Of a stretch of 64,000 nucleotides of DNA, positions 48,607 through 60,914 are shown one piece after another. Position numbers and translations under genes: made by a program. Under the pieces are notes generated by a model that did not search any database, was not told where the DNA came from, and saw only the letters and a program-made list of their open reading frames with translations. The DNA comes from Spizellomyces punctatus DAOM BR117 (lineage: Eukaryota), in the NCBI GenBank assembly GCA_000182565.2, contig KQ257467.1, one strand, 5' to 3'. How positions within the stretch are numbered: the first letter of the stretch is position 1; every line of letters starts with the position of its first letter.

Positions 48607-50340
48607 GTCTGTCCTATGAGGTTGTGTGCAAGAGAGCAAAGTAACTAGAGTTGGAAAGACGCTGGATGATTGGAGGTCGAGGCGACTTGCTCTCCATTTT
48701 ATAGACTTGCTGCCAAATTCCTTTCCACAACCTCAAGAAATTGCCCCTGGTCAAAACATCTTGCAAAAGACGTAAGACGAAGCCGAGCAAGTCCGTTTTC
48801 GTGCGCTGTCATCCATGATCAAAACGATCAGAGCAAGTGCGCGCAAAAAGCCAGGATGAAAGCGCAGGTCAGATAAGACCCGATCGGGTAAAAAAATGTA
48901 AAAGGAGAGCGTGGATACAGCACAAAGAAGCAAGCAATCATCTTTTTCACGCCTTCCATGTAGTGTAGTTGGCATGTTGTTGAACGTTTTGGTATCTTGA
49001 GGACCGAAGAGGATTGCATGCAAGGCTTGTGTAGCAAAGTGACTCTGTTGCGCAGTGTTCAAAAGTCTTTTTACGGACTTGGTGCCAAAGGAGAGGTGAC
49101 CTTTGTTATTCATTAGAGTCAATTTGCAACAATGGCTGGTGTCCACCATCGGCTGATGCGCAGACGTCTTATCCCGAAAAAGTGACCACCCCGTCCCTCG
49201 GTCGGTTGAGGACAGATTGGGATGCTTGTTTTGATCAACAAAGGAAACAAAGATGCCAACAGGCAAAAAGATCAAATGACAGCAAGATCAGCGTTTGTCC
49301 CAAATTTTTTGAGATTGTTGATTTTCAAAAGTTCTAGCTTTTGGTTCCAAAGGAAGTATCAAATGCCAAGCGATTCCCCGCCGATCACGACAAACCTAGC
49401 GCACTTTTTGTTATCGTTGCTGTAGACCTGTTGCGGGGTATTTTACTTTTGTTTTCCGTGAACTGCTCCTTTAGATTAGTGGACGAAAAACGGTTTTTGT
49501 CTTCCATACTGGCCATCACTTTTTGGTCAACAATTTCGTTAAAAAAGCTGTACCTCCTTCCATCGTTGGACAGGTGCTGCACGCATGGTGAACACTTGTC
49601 CGAATTTGTGCACAGCCTTTTAAAGGAATACACTACTGGGAGACCCAACACTCTGAACACTGCAGCGAGTTACTTTAGAACAAAACCTGATTGAAAACAA
49701 TGGTGGTCGTCCTGCTGGCAAGGATTTTCATCACATCATCGTGCATTAAAGCGCACGGGGAGCAGCACGCAGGACAAATGGTGGTTGGTTAGTTGCTGGC
49801 CATTTCCTTTGGAATGATTCATTACACTCTTTGAAGAACTTTTTTTTTCCTTTCACTGCTGTTCCTGCGTACTGATCAAAATGATACGAATAAGGAAATT
49901 GCCAAACTATCGGACTGTTTGCTGCATGGACTTGATCAGTATCAAGCATCGTTTGATTTCATTACAAATTGAACGCATGGCACTTTTGCACTGCATCCTG
50001 GATGATGCCCTTTATACCCGCTCCCAGCATATTGTAACCGTGTTTTATCTTCTAAATGCCCAAGTTGAACTCAACCAACACATTGCAGAATACCCCGACG
50101 TCTTGCATAAAATGACATTGATCAAGTCATAGCAGTCCCCACGCCACATCATGTTTGAAAGCCCAGGACCCTATTGCCACGACGCTTTCCATAAATCGAT
50201 ATTTCGCACACCTGTCAACAAAAGATGACGAGTCTGTGCGGGAACAAAGGCGAACGATGGAGACCCGTTTAGATACTGGTGCCGTGTCATTTACGTCCGC
50301 CATGTCATCAGCTATTGCAAGCCCAGGAAGGCTACTACGA

Positions 50341-50346
50341 TATAAA
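50341..50346 (+). promoter_or_regulatory. Putative TATA box of the ubiquitin-like gene
   Basis: TATAAA ~120 nt upstream of ATG 50463. Confidence 0.35.
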
Positions 50347-50462
50347 GATGCAAAGGTTGTTGGCAATTGTGACTTGCGGGTTCCTTTTTTTCCACAAGCC
50401 AAACATCGTTACATCGACGTCTATCACAAAGAATCCGTGCATTCAGCAACACGACGGCCAGT

Positions 50463-50818
50463 ATGAACTACCTCCGCACCGCCTTGGGGAATGGCACTAG
50501 CAGCATGCCAAACGGGATGACAAAGTCGGAGCCTTTTACGATTTTTGTGCAGGTCAATGGACACTCCACTCAGTTGACCGTTAGGGGTGATATGAGGTAT
50601 GTCGGCTCTCTCTGCAAATCGCCTTTCCCTAGCATATTAACAATGGCTCTAACAGTGTGAACACCCTGCGTTCAATGATTGAAACAAACTGCAACGTCCG
50701 GGCGGACCGTTTGACGTGCGGCTCAAAGGAGCTAGCCAACGGCAAATCTTTGAGCGACTACCGCGATTTAGCAGAGGGGGCGACAGTCCAAGTTGTTGCT
50801 AGGTGCATTGGAGGCTGA
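50463..50818 (+). CDS. Divergent stand-alone ubiquitin-like protein (98 aa) ending in Gly-Gly
   Basis: Intron 50597-50655 (GTATGT...CTAACAG) yields ...FTIFVQVNGHSTQLTVRGDMSVNTLRSMIETNCNVRADRLTCGSKELANGKSLSDYRDLAEGATVQVVARCIGG-stop, which aligns by eye along the length of ubiquitin. Confidence 0.8.
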
Positions 50819-51550
50819 TGTGCGTTGGGCAGAACGCACACTTGTTTTTCATTTGTAGGAGGCACTTTGTATTGATTTGCAGTAGATTCTCTTGATGTCG
50901 GGGAAGGCACGCAGGGTTGTATATCATCGGCATAGTGTTGCATAGCTTTTCATGTTGGTATTGCAAGTGCAAGGAGAGATATATATAATTTTATTTGCAC
51001 TGCATCGCTGCAGCCAATTGTCGAAAACCATCCGCAAGTCCTACATGGTCGACAACGGCATGCAAGTGCTTTGGGTCGGCTGGGCAGGCCACGTAAGCAA
51101 ATGACTCCAAAAGGTTACTAAGCACATTCCATCCATCTTTATTTCTGGTGATCTGGATCTAATGCACTCTAAGATGCGTTGGAATGTATTTTTATTTTTT
51201 GCGAGTTTCGGAACTTCTGTTGCTCGTCGTCGTCGTCGTCGTCGTCGGGCTTTTGTCTTTTTTTGCTTGCCTTTTGCTTGGAGGAAGGCTGCTGGATATT
51301 TCTTGTTTTGAACCCTCAACTCTTTGCAAGCAACAATTCAGCCTTCCTTTTCTAATTTTTGTTTTTTTGCTCGCTCCGCCTTTCTCGTTTGAGGGTTAGA
51401 GGTGCTTATGGAGTAGTGAACTGGAAAGCGAGACTTCATGCTGACTTTTTAGTTGCAACAACAGAAACGTGAAACGAGCAAATAACGAACGTTGTACGGA
51501 AAGCGGAAGCATATCTTTTCACTCTACACACTGAATTGCCAAAAAGCGAT

Positions 51551-54500
51551 ATGGCCAACACCCTTCAGGAGCCGGCGGACGCACAAACCACTGCAAACCA
51601 GCAACAGGCAGATGGCATTGTAGCTGCACGGCCTTCGCCACCCATCACATCGCCTCCTATTGGTGTCAACGCTGGTACGATTGCGACGCTGCTTTTGAAC
51701 GATGGGACAGCCTATGAGGGCTACTCGTTCGGGTCTGAGAAACAGTCGATCGCTGGAGAATGCGTTTTTCAAACTGGTAAGTTGATCAATTAAATTGAGC
51801 AAAGCCCAGCGACGTGCGATCTCAAATCGCACGTCGATCTTTGCGATGCTCCTGTCTTTCGGTTGTCCATATGACTCATTCGTCCTTAAATTAAGGAATG
51901 GTCGGTTATCCGGAATCCCTCACGGATCCATCGTACCGAGGACAGATCCTGGTCTTGACATTCCCACTTGTGGGAAACTACGGTGTCCCATCTCGCAAGG
52001 ATGTAGATACGCATCTCAACAACTTGCAAAACTACTTTGAATCCGTCGAGATTCATATTGCGGCTCTTGTTGTAGGTCACTACTCCCATGACTTTTCACA
52101 TTACCTGGCCGACTCTTCCCTTTCGACCTGGTTGAAAGAAAACAACATCCCGGCCTTGTATGGTGTAGATACGCGTGCCCTTACCAAAAAAATTCGGACA
52201 AAAGGTGTTCTTTTGGGCAAAGTTTTGTTTCCAAAGGCCTTGGTGGGTCCCGGAATCACTGGACAAGAGGACTCGGCAGCATTGCCATGGATGTCTGAAT
52301 ACTCGGACGTTGCCTGGCACGACCCCAACTCACGAAACCTCGTTGCGGAAGTTTCAGTGAAGAAGCCCATCGTATATACTCCTCAAGATGAGAGCAAATG
52401 GGTTCGCGGAACAAACGGAAAGGTTTTGCGAGTTTTGGCGATTGATGTGGGCTTGAAGAATAATCAGATTCGGTGCTTCCTGAAACGGGGAGTTGAAGTT
52501 AAAGTTGTCCCATGGAACTACGACTTTATTGCGGACCGCGACTATGACGGTCTTTTCATCAGCAATGGGCCCGGTGACCCGACAACGCTTAAAGAAACGA
52601 TTGAGCGCCTTGCAAAGCAAATGAAAGCCGCTGATAAACCCATATTTGGTATTTGTCTCGGTCACCAGCTTATTGCCCTTGCTTCTGGTGCTCAGACGAA
52701 AAAGATGAAGTACGGTAACCGTGGGCACAATATCCCCTGTACCAATCTGCAAACCGGTCGATGCTACATTACTTCGCAAAATCACGGGTACTGTGTGGAT
52801 GTTGAGACATTGACCCCCGGCTGGAGAGAGTACTTTGTAAACGCAAATGATGGATCAAACGAGGGTATTATTCACGACACACTACCTTACTTCAGTGTCC
52901 AATTCCACCCGGAGTCTACCCCGGGTCCTTGGGACACAGAGTACCTCTTTGACCGATTCATTGCATGTGTTGCTGCCTGCAATCAAGCTGGCAAGCTGGT
53001 TCCTCTTTCTAGTGAAGACAAACGGCCGGCTGCCGTGCGACACCACCCACGTAAAGTGTTGATCTTGGGATCCGGTGGTTTGTCTATTGGTCAAGCTGGT
53101 GAATTCGACTACTCCGGATCTCAGGCGATCAAGGCGCTTAAAGAGGAAGGCATTTATACTATTCTCATCAATCCCAACATTGCTACCATTCAGACATCTC
53201 AAGGGCTGGCCGACAAAGTCTACTTCCTCCCAGTCACCCCCGACTTTGTGCGCAAAGTAATCAAACACGAAAAGCCCGACGGTATATACTGTACATTTGG
53301 AGGACAGACTGCTCTTAATGTCGGTGTGAAATTGAAGGACGAATTTGAAGGACTGGGCGTCCAGGTGTTGGGTACTCCTATCAAAACTATTGAACTCACA
53401 GAGGATCGTGATCTGTTCGCCCAAACGATGGCGGAGATTGGAGAAAAGTGCGCCAAGAGCGAGTCTGCAAATAACGTCGACGAGGCTGTTGCTGCCGGTC
53501 GCAGAATTGGATATCCTCTTATCGTTCGTGCTGCTTACGCGCTGGGTGGGCTTGGGTCTGGCTTCGCTGATGACGAGGCACAATTGGTCGCACTTTGCCA
53601 GAAGGCCTTTGCGACGTCCCCGCAGGTGCTTGTGGAAAGGAGTATGAAGGGATGGAAGGAAATTGAGTATGAAGTTGTTCGCGACGCCAACGACAACTGT
53701 ATCACGGTCTGTAACATGGAGAACTTTGACCCTCTCGGTATCCACACTGGAGACAGTATCGTTGTAGCCCCATCGCAGACGCTATCCGATGAGGACTATA
53801 TGATGCTTCGTCGTACGGCTGTGAATGTGATTCGCCACCTGGGAGTTATCGGCGAATGTAACATTCAGTATGCCTTGAACCCCAAGTCAAAGGAGTATTG
53901 CATTATAGAGGTGAATGCCCGTTTATCACGTAGTTCGGCCCTTGCCTCAAAAGCCACCGGATACCCTTTGGCCTTCGTTGCTGCCAAGCTCGGTCTTGGA
54001 ATTCCGTTGACCGAGGTGAAAAACAGTGTCACCAAAAAGACGATTGCCTGCTTCGAGCCCAGTTTAGATTACTGTGTTGTCAAGATTCCTAGGTGGGATT
54101 TGAAAAAGTTCAACCGTGTCAGCACGAAGGTCGGGTCTGCCATGAAGAGTGTAGGAGAAGTCATGGCAATTGGACGCAACTTTGAAGAGACCATTCAGAA
54201 AGCTATTCGGGCAGTCGAATATAACTTCATTGGCTTTTCCGAGAACGACATCATTGACCAAGACAAAATTGACGAGGAGCTGAAAAACCCATCTGATCAG
54301 CGTCTCTTTGCCATTGCAAATGCTCTTCACAAGGGCTACTCGGTTGACCGCGTGTGGGAACTTACCAACATTGACAAATGGTTCTTGAACAAGCTCAAGA
54401 ACATTGTGGACTTGGACAAGCAGCTTGGAACATTCACCCCACAAACCGTTCCTGCGACTCTGATCCGCTGCGCCAAGCAAATTGGTTTCTCTGATCGACA

Positions 54501-57500
54501 GGTTGCGAAAGCCATTGGCACGACCGAGTTAGGAGCACGTAAACTTCGGACGGATCATGGAATCCGACCTTTTGTCAAGCAAATCGATACAGTTGCTGCC
54601 GAGTTCCCTGCTTACACCAACTATCTGTATATGACGTACAACGCCGCCGAGCACGATGTGACGTTTGAAGACAAAGGTGTCATGGTTCTTGGAAGCGGTG
54701 TTTACCGTATCGGTAGCAGTGTGGAATTCGACTGGTGCGCAGTGCGCTGTATCCGCACATTGCGTGAAACCGGTGTGAAAACGATCATGGTCAACTACAA
54801 TCCTGAAACCGTTTCCACCGACTATGATGAAGCCGATCGATTGTATTTTGAGACGCTGACTCTTGAGCGCGTGCTTGACATTTACGAGATGGAGAACGCG
54901 AATGGTGTTATCGTCTCCATGGGTGGTCAGACACCAAACAACATTGCCTTGCCTTTGCATCGTCAGAATGTGAAAATCTTGGGCACTTCACCCGAAATGA
55001 TTGACAATGCAGAGAATCGTTACAAATTCTCTCGAATGTTGGATAAAATCGGCGTGGATCAACCTCAGTGGAAAGAGCTGACCTCCATCCAGGAGGCCAC
55101 GTCCTTCTGTGACAAGGTCGGATACCCCGTTTTGGTACGTCCTTCCTACGTCCTTTCTGGAGCCGCGATGAACGTGGTGTACTCGCAAAATGACCTGCGA
55201 AGCTACCTGGATCTCGCTGTACAAGTGTCACGCGATTACCCTGTGGTTATTTCAAAGTTCATTGAAGAAGCCAAGGAGATTGAGATGGATGCTGTCGCGG
55301 ACAATGGAAACTTGGTCATGCATGTTATTTCGGAGCATGTAGAGAATGCCGGAGTTCACTCAGGTGACGCAACATTGGTTTTGCCACCTCAAGATTTGGA
55401 TCCTGAGACTGTTAGAAAGATTGTGGATGCTACCCGCAAGATTGGTAATGCACTGAACGTGACGGGTCCGTACAACATTCAGTTTATCGCCAAGAACAAC
55501 GAAATCAAGGTGATTGAGTGCAATGTGCGCGCATCACGGTCGTTCCCTTTCTGTTCCAAAGTCCTTGGAGTTGATTTGATTGAGATGGCAACCAAGGCCA
55601 TGACGAATCAGCCGTACGAGGCCTACCCACCAGTGGAGACAAAGAAGGACTACGTTGCTGTGAAAGTCCCGCAGTTCAGTTTCAGTCGTTTGGCTGGTGC
55701 TGACCCTATCTTGGGTGTGGAAATGGCCTCCACGGGTGAGGTGGCTTGTTTTGGTCGGGATAAGTACGAGGCGTACATCAAGGCGCTACTGGCTACGGGA
55801 TTCACCATGCCAAAGAAGAACATTCTGTTATCGATTGGATCGTTCAAGGAGAAACTCGAATTCTTACCTTCTGTTCAGAAATTGCATGAAATGGGCTACA
55901 GCTTGTTTGCTACCACTGGAACGGCGGATTTCATCCAAGAACACGGTATTCCCGTCAAGTACTTGGAAGCGCTCGATGACTCTGGCAAACTTCCTCAACA
56001 AAAGTTGGAGTACAGTTTGACCCAGCATTTGGCGAATAATTTGATTGATTTGTACATCAATTTGCCTTCGAAGAACCGTTTCCGTCGCCCTGCCAGCTAC
56101 ATGAGTAGAGGATATCGCTCACGTCGTATGGCTGTAGACTTTGCGGTGCCGCTCATCACCAACGTCAAGTGCGCTAAGCTGTTTGTTGAAGCCCTGAGCC
56201 GATGGAAAGAATTTGAGATTACTTCGAACGACTATCAAACCTCCCACAAGACTGTCACTTTACCTGGACTGGTCAATGTGCGTTCGTATTTGCCCGGAGC
56301 CATCCCTCAGGCAGAGGAATGGGAGAGTTTGACCAAGGCTGCGGTTGCGGGTGGATTCACTCTTATGTGCAACATGCCTTCGCCGAGCAAGGGGATGAAA
56401 CCTACCGTCTTTTGCGATTATGCTGTGTCAACTGTGGCAACCCAAGAAAACGCCAATTCTATTAGCGTTGGAACAGGCAATGCCTTGAGTCTGTATATCG
56501 GCTTTGGGGCTGGCCAATTAAAGACTCTAACAGACTTGGCTGGTCACATGCGTAATTGGCCCAGAGACAGTCCAATGATTGCTTGTGCTAAGGAAACTGA
56601 TCTCGCATCTGTCTTGTATTTGGCCAACCTCCACAATCGGTCGATTCACGTCACAAACATTCGCACGTCCGCTGATGTGGAATTGATTGCGATGAGTAAA
56701 GAAAAGGGCGTGGATGTTACTTGCGATGTGTGCGTCGATAGTCTCTTTTTGACGAAAACGAACGCTGCTGGTGATAGCGATGTGCAAGTCACGCAGGGTG
56801 ACATTGACGCCTTGTGGCAGAATCTGGCTGTGATTGATTGCTTCTCTGTCACTGGACGGGTTGGACAGGGCCAAACCGGGCTACGCATGGAGGACGCTTT
56901 GCCCCTTTTGTTGGGTGCGGTTTCAGAGGGCAAATTGACTATGGATGATGTCCGGGCAAGGTTGTATGACAACCCCAAGAGAATCTTTGGTCTGCCTGAG
57001 CAGGTCGATACATATGTTGAGGTGAGTCAGGGCGCACAGGTTACATGAGCTGGGCAAGAGGTTGACCTTTTCTCTTTTGCGTGGGATAGGTGGAGATTGA
57101 CCGTAGATCTGGTGCTGGTCGTGCGGGTGGTCCTTCCCCGAGCGGATTCATTCATCGCGTGGTAATCCGTGGTGAGACAGTTTACCTTGACGGCAGTTTC
57201 TTTGACGGACCTACTGGGCGAGATGTTACCGGATCAGTCAGAATCAGCTCCCAAAGCGTTCTTCCTGTTACTGCTCGGCGAACCTCGATTCTTCCGGTGG
57301 ACCAGAAGGAAGCGACCGCGAGTGTTGTTCCCAAGAGTCCACGCCCGAGGGTGTCCGTGGACGGTCCTTTGGTGACCGGTCCCATGAGTCCTGATGTGCA
57401 CACCAAAGACAGCGGGCTCTCAACGTTAATGAAGGGATCATCCATTGGAAGTACCAAGGAGTTAACCGTGCCACTTACGGAGACTGTCCAGCGTGCCGTA

Positions 57501-58511
57501 CAACAGACCATCAACATCTCGAACAGCCCCTACATTTCGGACTATCTGTCTAGCTCTGCATCGGCAGCCGTTGCAAAGTCGCCCTTCTTCCGCAAGCACA
57601 TTCTTTCCGTAAAGCAATTTACCCGCAACGATCTCCACATGCTCTTTGGTGTCGCGCAAGAGATGCGGACATTGGTGGAGCGATTTGGCAGTGTCAATCT
57701 GCTCGCAGGTAAAGTGATGTGTTCCGCGTTCTGGGAGCCTAGCACCCGGACGAGCTGCTCCTTTGAAGCTGCCATGAGGCGATTGGGAGGTGGGGTTGTG
57801 AGCATTGATGGCGAGACCAGTTCCGTCAAGAAGGGCGAGAGTTTGGGTGACACAGTTCGGACGCTGAGTTGTTACGGCGACGTGATCGTGATGAGACATC
57901 CTGCTCCTGGTAGTGCGGTACAAGCGTCCACCTACTCTACCGTTCCAGTTATCAATGCTGGAGATGGAATTGGCGAGCATCCCACGCAAGCGTTCCTGGA
58001 CGCTTTCACCATCCGTGAAGAATTGGGCACTGTGAATGGATTGACCATTACCATGGTCGGCGACCTCAAGAATGGCCGAACAGTGCACTCTCTCGTACGC
58101 CTCCTCTCCCAATACGACGTTAAACTCAACTTTGTCTCCCCACCCACTCTCCGCATGCCCGATGAAGTTAAGGCAGAAGCCACCAAGGCTAACATCCCGC
58201 AAAACGAAACCACATCGCTGGAGAGCGTGATTGGCACTACGGACGTGCTGTATGTCACTCGTATCCAGAAGGAGCGGTTTACAAACCCTGCCGAATATGA
58301 GTCCGTTTTGGGGGCCTATGTGGTTACCAATAAGCTCCTCCAAAAAGCCAAGCGTAACATGATTGTCATGCACCCGCTTCCTCGCGTCAATGAAATTGAT
58401 GAAGAAGTGGATTTCGATCAACGTGCGGCGTACTTTAGGCAGATGCGTTATGGGCTTTATGTCAGGATGGCGCTATTGGCTTTGGTGTGTGGCAAGAGCT
58501 CGACTGCTTAG
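51551..58511 (+). CDS. URA2: Multifunctional pyrimidine biosynthesis protein: GATase-CPSase-(inactive DHOase-like)-ATCase
   Basis: Exons 51551-51776, 51896-57021 and 57090-58511; [76 protein letters not shown]. Confidence 0.97.
51799..51844 (+). other. Inverted repeat / hairpin in URA2 intron 1
   Basis: cgacgtgcgat (51810-51820), 5-nt loop, atcgcacgtcg (51826-51836); outer pair gcaaag/ctttgc. Confidence 0.8.
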
Positions 58512-60914
58512 AAGAAACTTTCATAGAAATATTGGGGGTTCTGATAGTTTTCGATTTTCTTAGAATTGTTCAAGTTTGGGTTGTTTTTAGTTTTTCTTTT
58601 TAAACTTTTTTTCACACACACATAAAATCTTGGAGGAAGGAGGAGGAGGAGGAAGAGGCGAGGGCGTTGGGACATTTTCAGCATTTTTCTTTACACATTC
58701 TTATTATGGTTCTTTGATGAAAACCGTATACTTGCTTTGTATTTTCTTTTTTGTGTTTATTTCCAGACATTTAATACTACATGTCTGTAATTTATTTCTT
58801 TGTTCTTGTCTGTTTTTCTACACGTCGTTTTTGTATTTTGCTTTTCGTTCTTTTTGGTTTAAACTGTTGCGCGGTTCTTTAATATCTCGTCAAGGGCGGC
58901 CTAGCGACCCAAATTTCACACTTAAGATTGAGGACGAGATTGGATCATGGAATTATCGACCGCTTTTTTTTACTCCCAAGAACTGGGGTTGACGATGTTG
59001 ACCGATCCTTGCAGAGTAAGATGTATCATAGGTATATATAAAGCACTCTTTCCCAACTGATCTTGTTTTCAAATACGGGACACCCATTTTTGAATATGGT
59101 GGATTATGGAAATCATGACTTTGCACTGATACCCCGGGATTTGGACGGGATGGACACAAAATTGGGGGGATTTGAGATGGTCTTTTTTTTGGGGGTTTTT
59201 TTTGTCGAGTACTCTGTGGTGATGAATGGGGGTTGGCCATCTTCAACAACACGAAACGAAAAGATGCTGGCCAGAGTTCATCGCTGTAGAGTATAACCTA
59301 GACTACAAGACCCTTTTGCATCGTTTCGAGGTCTTGTAGACTTGCTCCCGGGACCTTCCACACACCTTCTACATACTGAACCCGACGATAACACATTACC
59401 ACGGCCTCATCTCGCCCGCGGTCTCGGCTTCCAATTTGAGACTCTTGGCAAAAAGGGCGCGGCGGCGGCGGTGAACGAGAGATGGTTTCCCAAAGCCGTG
59501 ATAAATGCGCACGAGCATGACAAGTTTGTGGTGCTGTGTGCAGATGGCAGTGCGGCTGTGAGCCCGTATTTGTCACCGAGAACAGTATTAGGATGGGAGT
59601 CGGCAAAGGCCAAGAAATCTGGACTTTTGTAGTAGTAGACTTTTGAGACTTTGCACTTTTTATCATTTTAGCAGGGCTGTTTTTTGGGGCAAACCAAACA
59701 CGAATTTCTTGGAAGGGAGGGACGGAGGGGGCCAATCCGACGACGACACGGAGCCCCCTCCATCAAATTGCACCTTTCAGCAAGCAGCAGCAGCAAGTAC
59801 CACACATGATAACGATGTTGTTGTTGTTTAAAGGCCGACATGAACGGAGAGAGAGCTCTAGGCTTTTTTCGTTGCACGCAGCCTTGCGATTTTCCTCCCC
59901 TCCAGGGCAGGCAAGTTGCCTCAAATGGGAGCCCTTTCACATAGGAGGCCCTCCTCCTCCCCCCCCATCGATGCACGCGCTCCCAAGTCCAGCCTTTTTT
60001 CAGATTCGTTCTTGTGGAGATTTTCCGAACAAACCATGTGTGTAAAAGAATGATTTTTTTTGTTTTTGTTATCAATTTCCCAATTGATATCTGAAAGCAT
60101 GCGTTTGAAAAAACCAATGGAGCCACATGACAAAATGCTCCAAACTTGTCGGCGCTCTTTACAATACTTTTCCCGATATTACTTGTAAAAAAAAATGATA
60201 TTATTTTTGCATGGGAAGAATGGCGGGTGGTTGTTATCAATTGCTCCTGCCCGCTCCTGCAGGGTCTTTTCCATCGTCGTCGTTTGTTCGTTCGTTCACA
60301 TCGCCAAACAACAAAAAACGGAGGGTGAACAATCGCCAGGTGCGCGCGCGTGTGCGCAGACCTTGTGTGTTGCTTGTCATGTGGGTAGTGCGCAGACAAA
60401 AGCAAGTGTGACAATAAAGTGTGAAATAATTTATGCAAGGCGATAATTAACGGTTTCAATTTCTAGTTGTTGTTTTTTTTTTTATTTGGTTTGTTAGTGG
60501 ACAACTGGAAGGGAGGAGGAGGAAGAAGAAGAGGAAGGGTTTGTGGAGAGTGTTGCAAGTACAAAGGCTTTGAACACCTGCAGGGGAAACGTAAAGGAGG
60601 AAGGAGGGAGGGAGGAAGGACGAGGAAGGAAGGAGCTGGGGGGAAGGAACAAAAAGCCTATCGGTCGGCTTGCTTGTTTTTGTTGATTTACTCTTTTTTT
60701 TTTTTGCTGTTTTTCGTTGTTGCTTTCAGTCAATCTTTTTGCGTTTGCGTTTGCGTTTTGAGTGTTTGGAAAATGACAAGCAATCCAAACCCTTCTTCTC
60801 CCCGTGCTTTTTTTTTTGCCAACTTGCCTCATCCTTGTGGAGGTTTATCAACCAACTTGTGTGTTTCCCCGCTTGTCTTTGAAATAGATTTACAAATATA
60901 TATCCAATGCAATC

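Noticed and set aside
48750..50460. Short ORFs between trypsin and the UBL gene (possible upstream UBL exons)
   Set aside because: I could not splice them into an open frame with the UBL, and a TATA-like box precedes ATG 50463.
52096..58421. Long antisense ORFs over URA2 (e.g. 52882-53745, 57462-58421) and similar ones over VPS10 and fumarate reductase
   Set aside because: Shadow frames of strongly coding genes.
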